A stretch of DNA of 39,400 nt from Seison nebaliae (taxonomy: Eukaryota): the NCBI GenBank assembly GCA_023231475.1, contig JALJEE010001089.1, positions 1 to 39,400 on the forward strand. The letters are read 5' to 3'. Position 1 is the stretch's first letter; every line of letters begins with the position of its first letter. The translations under genes were made by a program, and so were the position numbers. A model generated the notes under the pieces. The model was not told the origin of the DNA, did not search any database, and saw only the letters and a list, made by a program, of their open reading frames with translations. Below, piece by piece: positions 35,205 through 39,400 of the stretch.

Positions 35205-36468
35205 TTACATATGCAACTTCTGACATACTTCTATTAAGTTATTTAATCCGATGAGAAATCCATCTTCTTCTTCCATAGGAATCCAATATTTCAAATGTGT
35301 CACTGGTTTCCTGGTGACAACCGTCTTCGCAAAATCAATTAGATTGACATTGCAACGATTGTCATCATGATAGATCAATAACGACGTTGCTATTAACTGG
35401 AGAAAGGGGGGAAGAGAATAAAAAGTAAATTCTTTCAAAACTTCTTTAAGCAAACTTGATGATTTTTGAAGAACATTGAATTGCACAGATCACTTCTTAA
35501 CTTTTCTAAATTTTCTTGGAGATTGAACTGAAAGGAAATGAAGCACAAATATAAAAAAAGAAAATAAGATAATGGGATAAGAGAAGAAGAACTATAAGTT
35601 TTGGGGAATCATTGAGAAATTTCTGGAAAAAATATTCAACATTAGCTATTTCTGCCGATATTAAATCGTGTTTCGGGATTTTATTTCCCTTGATCTGCAT
35701 TGCTTCAATCCTGTAACCATGATGGAATGTCGTTGATAAGCGATCTCTCCAACACAAATATCGATATTTAGTCATTTTCTTATTTTCAACTTCTTCCTTC
35801 TTTAAAATGAAATTTGAATCTTTTTTTTTTTTGAGACTTACATGAAAATTAGTTCCAATGAAAAGAAGATGAACCATGAATGAATGAATAATCAGAAATT
35901 AATTCTTTCAATTTCGGTTTTATATCAGTGGATGGCAGTTTTGACATCGAATCATTCGAATCAACGCTATCGAACGAATTGAGACCCTCACAGATTTTTT
36001 TCAGACTTAATCGATTATCCGCTTTGAGAGAGGAATGATAATTTTGATATTTGTTAAACAGATCTTCTCGTTCTTTTGACTCCCAAACCTCCTTCAATGA
36101 GAAAGTTCTCGTACCCATTTTAATATCAGTAACGGAATGATCAATTCCTTTCAATCGTTGAAGTAGATTCTCCATTTCAAACCATTTTCCTAAAACTTAA
36201 ACGAAGATGGAGAAATGAAAAATTGGAACCTGAGTCATCTGCCACTATCCCATAAGTCTTTGGAATGTAATCATGAATCACGTCATCAGAGTAAAGAGTT
36301 TTAAGTGATTTGTAAATGGAAAATTCGTTTTCGGAAAATTTTTTTAAAATTCGATCCTCATTTTTTTGTCGAAAGTTATCTAATCAAAATTAGAAGAAAG
36401 CAATTAAACGATAGGTAACTTGAATGGCCACCAACTGGTTTCCACATTCCTATTCTCTCGTTTTTCAT
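35205..36468 (-). CDS. Inositol-trisphosphate 3-kinase family protein (catalytic domain only), ~334 aa, 6 exons
   Basis: Exons 36468-36420, 36379-36230, 36189-35875, 35819-35593, 35527-35456, 35396-35205. Motifs WKPVGGH, DIKMGTRTF, TKYRYLCWRD..STT..GYRIE, TSLL, LIDFAKT and EDGFLIGLNNL match ITPKA/B/C. Confidence 0.9.
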
Positions 36469-37627
36469 TCTTATTGAATAAATTAAATTTTGAATATGTT
36501 GAAATTTGATAAATTGTTGTTTTGGTTCTCTCGCTTTAAAATGTCAATTGCTGAGAATTTAATGTTCAATGAAAAGTAAGCTGTCAAGAATGAATGTGAA
36601 TGAGAGAAAAGGGGTACAATGTAAATAAAAATTTCCAAAATCACTTCACCACGCAATTTGTTTCTTTTATGTTACGAGGAGGTTATGATAGATGAAAGAC
36701 GGAGCATTTAATTACTTTATTCGAATGAAGAAATTTCATATAAAGGAAAACAATTATTCTGTCTTTTGTACATAATCAAGGGAATTTATAAAACATTTTA
36801 TATGAAATGATGAACTATTTTTTAGTTGAGTAAGACATAGGAAAGAACACAATTAGATTCATATGTCCTACATACTATTTGTGTCACTATCATTGTATGT
36901 GTTGTTGCCACATAGGTGTGTGAAGAGAAGTAATATTAAAGTGATTATTTTTCCATTAAAAATTTAATTAAAAACACACATTCACTATTTTTTTTATTGA
37001 AATTCAATGCAAATATTTGGTGTGGTTGCGGACAACATCATGCCATGGTGAGATAATTCTCTTTTTCTCATCATATTGAAATTTTTAAAAGTAACTAATA
37101 AAACGGTGATTTCCTCGGGAGACAGACAATTCGGAGACCATTCTTAGGAAGTGTTCAAGAATATTCGAGAATTATCTTATACATAATGTTGTAACCGCGG
37201 TTAATTAATAATGGTTGTACTATACAGGTTACATTATAGAAGTTCTAGATCCCATTAATGATCAAGGATCAGAATTGATCGATCAAGATCCAATATCAAA
37301 TGTACGATTACCCAAAGCAGAATGGTGAAAATGAATGTTCAAAAATTTCAGGGAATATACCAAATTTACTATAAACATGATATCTCGCAGCATTTTGTAA
37401 AATATTGTCGATTCGTAGTAATCAATTTACATCAGCAACAACTACACAATTTTATATATGTTTTTCTTTAGTTTATGTGTGTTTATTCGATATTTCTTAA
37501 CACTAACTAACTTGTAAGATCAATATTAAGTATTAACTTTATGATTATTAAATCTTAGTTATGATAATTATCTTAGAATGGTTTTCTGCATTGAATTGAA
37601 ATAGTGTTAATAATCATTATTTTTCTG

Positions 37628-38485
37628 TTACACACCCATTTTTCGTTTGGTTTCCGCTATCCATTTTAAATAGGAAGCGACCCTTGTATACACTGTTCCT
37701 CTCAAGCCGCATCCTTCTCCAAATGATGTCAAACCATGTAAATACCATTTGCTTCCATCTCGGCAGATTAAAGGTCCTCCAGAGTCTCCGAAACATGTGT
37801 CCTCATTTCTTTTCGACGCAGTTGCGCACGTTTGATAATTTACATTTACTGTGTTTCTCCTTCCAGCAACATTTGCACATACAGACTGACTGTCTTGAAT
37901 TGTCAATTTAACTTCTCGTAGGTCAGGGACACTATTGCCTCCCATCCTTAAAGCTCCCCAACCAGCAGCGAAACAAATATTTCGATCGAACTTTTTCCCG
38001 ACTGGACTAATACAAATGGGATGTAGATCTCTTTCTGATTTCGGCGAATTGGTGAATGGAACAGCACATGATAATTTTATTAAAGCAATATCATGTGCCA
38101 TACTCCATCTATCACGTTTGAAATTCTGATGTATTTCCAACTTGGCAACTGGTATACGTCTAATTTGACGATTCCTTAAATTGAGAGCACCAGTCACTAC
38201 TTGATAACTTTTTGGATTTCTCGATCTTCCGAAACAATGAGCTGCAGTAACAACTAATCTTTCATGTATCAATGAGCCCCCACACAAATGATTATTGTTC
38301 ATTTGTAAAGAAATAATCCACGGCCAACGACCGGCTGATGTTTGTACTCCATTTGTAATACGTCTCAAAGAAGATATTCCGCAACTTTCTGGAAGTATTG
38401 ACATATTTGCAAGAGAAAACAAACATGAAAACTGAACGATAACAGATAGTAATAAGTTTTTATAAGTAGAACATACAATTTTCAT
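37628..38485 (-). CDS. Secreted trypsin-like S1 serine protease, intronless
   Basis: Signal peptide, activation site RR|ITNG, HLCGGSLI, catalytic triad TAAHC / DIALIKL / GDSGGP, and Asp at the S1-pocket position (EDTCFGDS). Confidence 0.95.
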   Translation of the reverse strand: MKIVCSTYKNLLLSVIVQFSCLFSLANMSILPESCGISSLRRITNGVQTSAGRWPWIISLQMNNNHLCGGSLIHERLVVTAAHCFGRSRNPKSYQVVTGALNLRNRQIRRIPVAKLEIHQNFKRDRWSMAHDIALIKLSCAVPFTNSPKSERDLHPICISPVGKKFDRNICFAAGWGALRMGGNSVPDLREVKLTIQDSQSVCANVAGRRNTVNVNYQTCATASKRNEDTCFGDSGGPLICRDGSKWYLHGLTSFGEGCGLRGTVYTRVASYLKWIAETKRKMGV

Positions 38486-39400
38486 AATTTATATGTAGTG
38501 CTAAACCTTATTTTTACCTGTATAAAGTTTTGCCGATATTAAACAATTGGAAATATTGCGCTTTATGTGCTTTTCAATTTTAATTAACTTCAGTATTTCC
38601 TTGGTAATTGATAATTAAGGTTTAGACCTTTTTATTCATTTACCAAACAACTATAGTTCATTTATAATGTGCAGTTTCTGAAATGTTCCACAACAGATCA
38701 ACTGGATGGAAATAATAAGTCTTCCATGGCTATTTGTCGCCTAAATCCTCATTCATTTAGGAAAGTGAAGATATTTCAAGTTTGATATCTAGTACTTTAG
38801 TACTTAATCTAGTGCCTTGTGATGTCATTAATGTCAACCACGACCAATATTCTTAAATAATTATATCATCGGACATCGGAAAACTGCCACCAATAACCGG
38901 TCAAGCACACGATTACACAGTGAAGTCAAACCGTACACAAGTACCAAAGAACCACTATAGACCATATTTTCTCTAACGTAATATTTGTTTATTATTTTTA
39001 TTTCGGTTTAATCGAGATTGGGAAATTTTATATTTCTTTAATTTTTTCTGTTTACCGATTAGCTTAACCACTCAGAAGTGATTCTTCTAATTATTTTATG
39101 TTCATCAAATTCGCGAAACCGTGTCGCTGAACCTGTTCAATAATCAACAACTATAAGGTTTGAGGAATGAACTGTTAGAGACCAATATTAAACCTATTTT
39201 GCAACGTTACTGTTTATCAAATTTTGTATGCTAGGGAATATAAATGAGATGAGTGTTTACAATTAAACATTTATTATGATTAAAATTAAATAAGATTAAA
39301 TATAATATATGCAATAATATTATGAATTTGTTTCTATATCTTCTATAAAACAATGTGGAAGATCATTAGTTTGAAGAGGTTTGATCAGCAAGACTGTCAG

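Noticed and set aside
1..39400. Alternative genetic code or stop-codon readthrough as the cause of ORF fragmentation
   Set aside because: All breaks in conserved genes are resolved by short GT-AG introns under the standard code, and the 7 kb Dicer frame is open.

Overview
AT-rich, very compact eukaryotic (animal) genomic DNA, not prokaryotic. The ORF track is fragmented by 40-72 nt spliceosomal introns, and its TTG/GTG 'starts' are mostly artefacts. Splicing by hand gives 13 protein-coding genes: an orphan secreted poly-Thr protein, a signal-peptide-bearing protein kinase, SF1, GGA, PP4 catalytic subunit, RPS10, USP39, a ZXD-like C2H2 zinc-finger protein, an inositol polyphosphate 5-phosphatase, MPDU1, Dicer, an IP3 3-kinase and a secreted trypsin-like protease. 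The most striking signal is the splice code: 30 of the 34 introns I reconstructed start GTT, none has the usual animal GTRAG donor, and 9 end in AAG, several after an A-rich tract. This points to an altered major-spliceosome recognition code. Other highlights are the apparently secreted ePK-fold kinase, a Dicer with a dead helicase and a ~135 aa insertion after PAZ, and a PP4c with a long N-terminal extension. All gene models are manual and lack transcript support. The organism cannot be identified from the window; a small-genome invertebrate is an inference.
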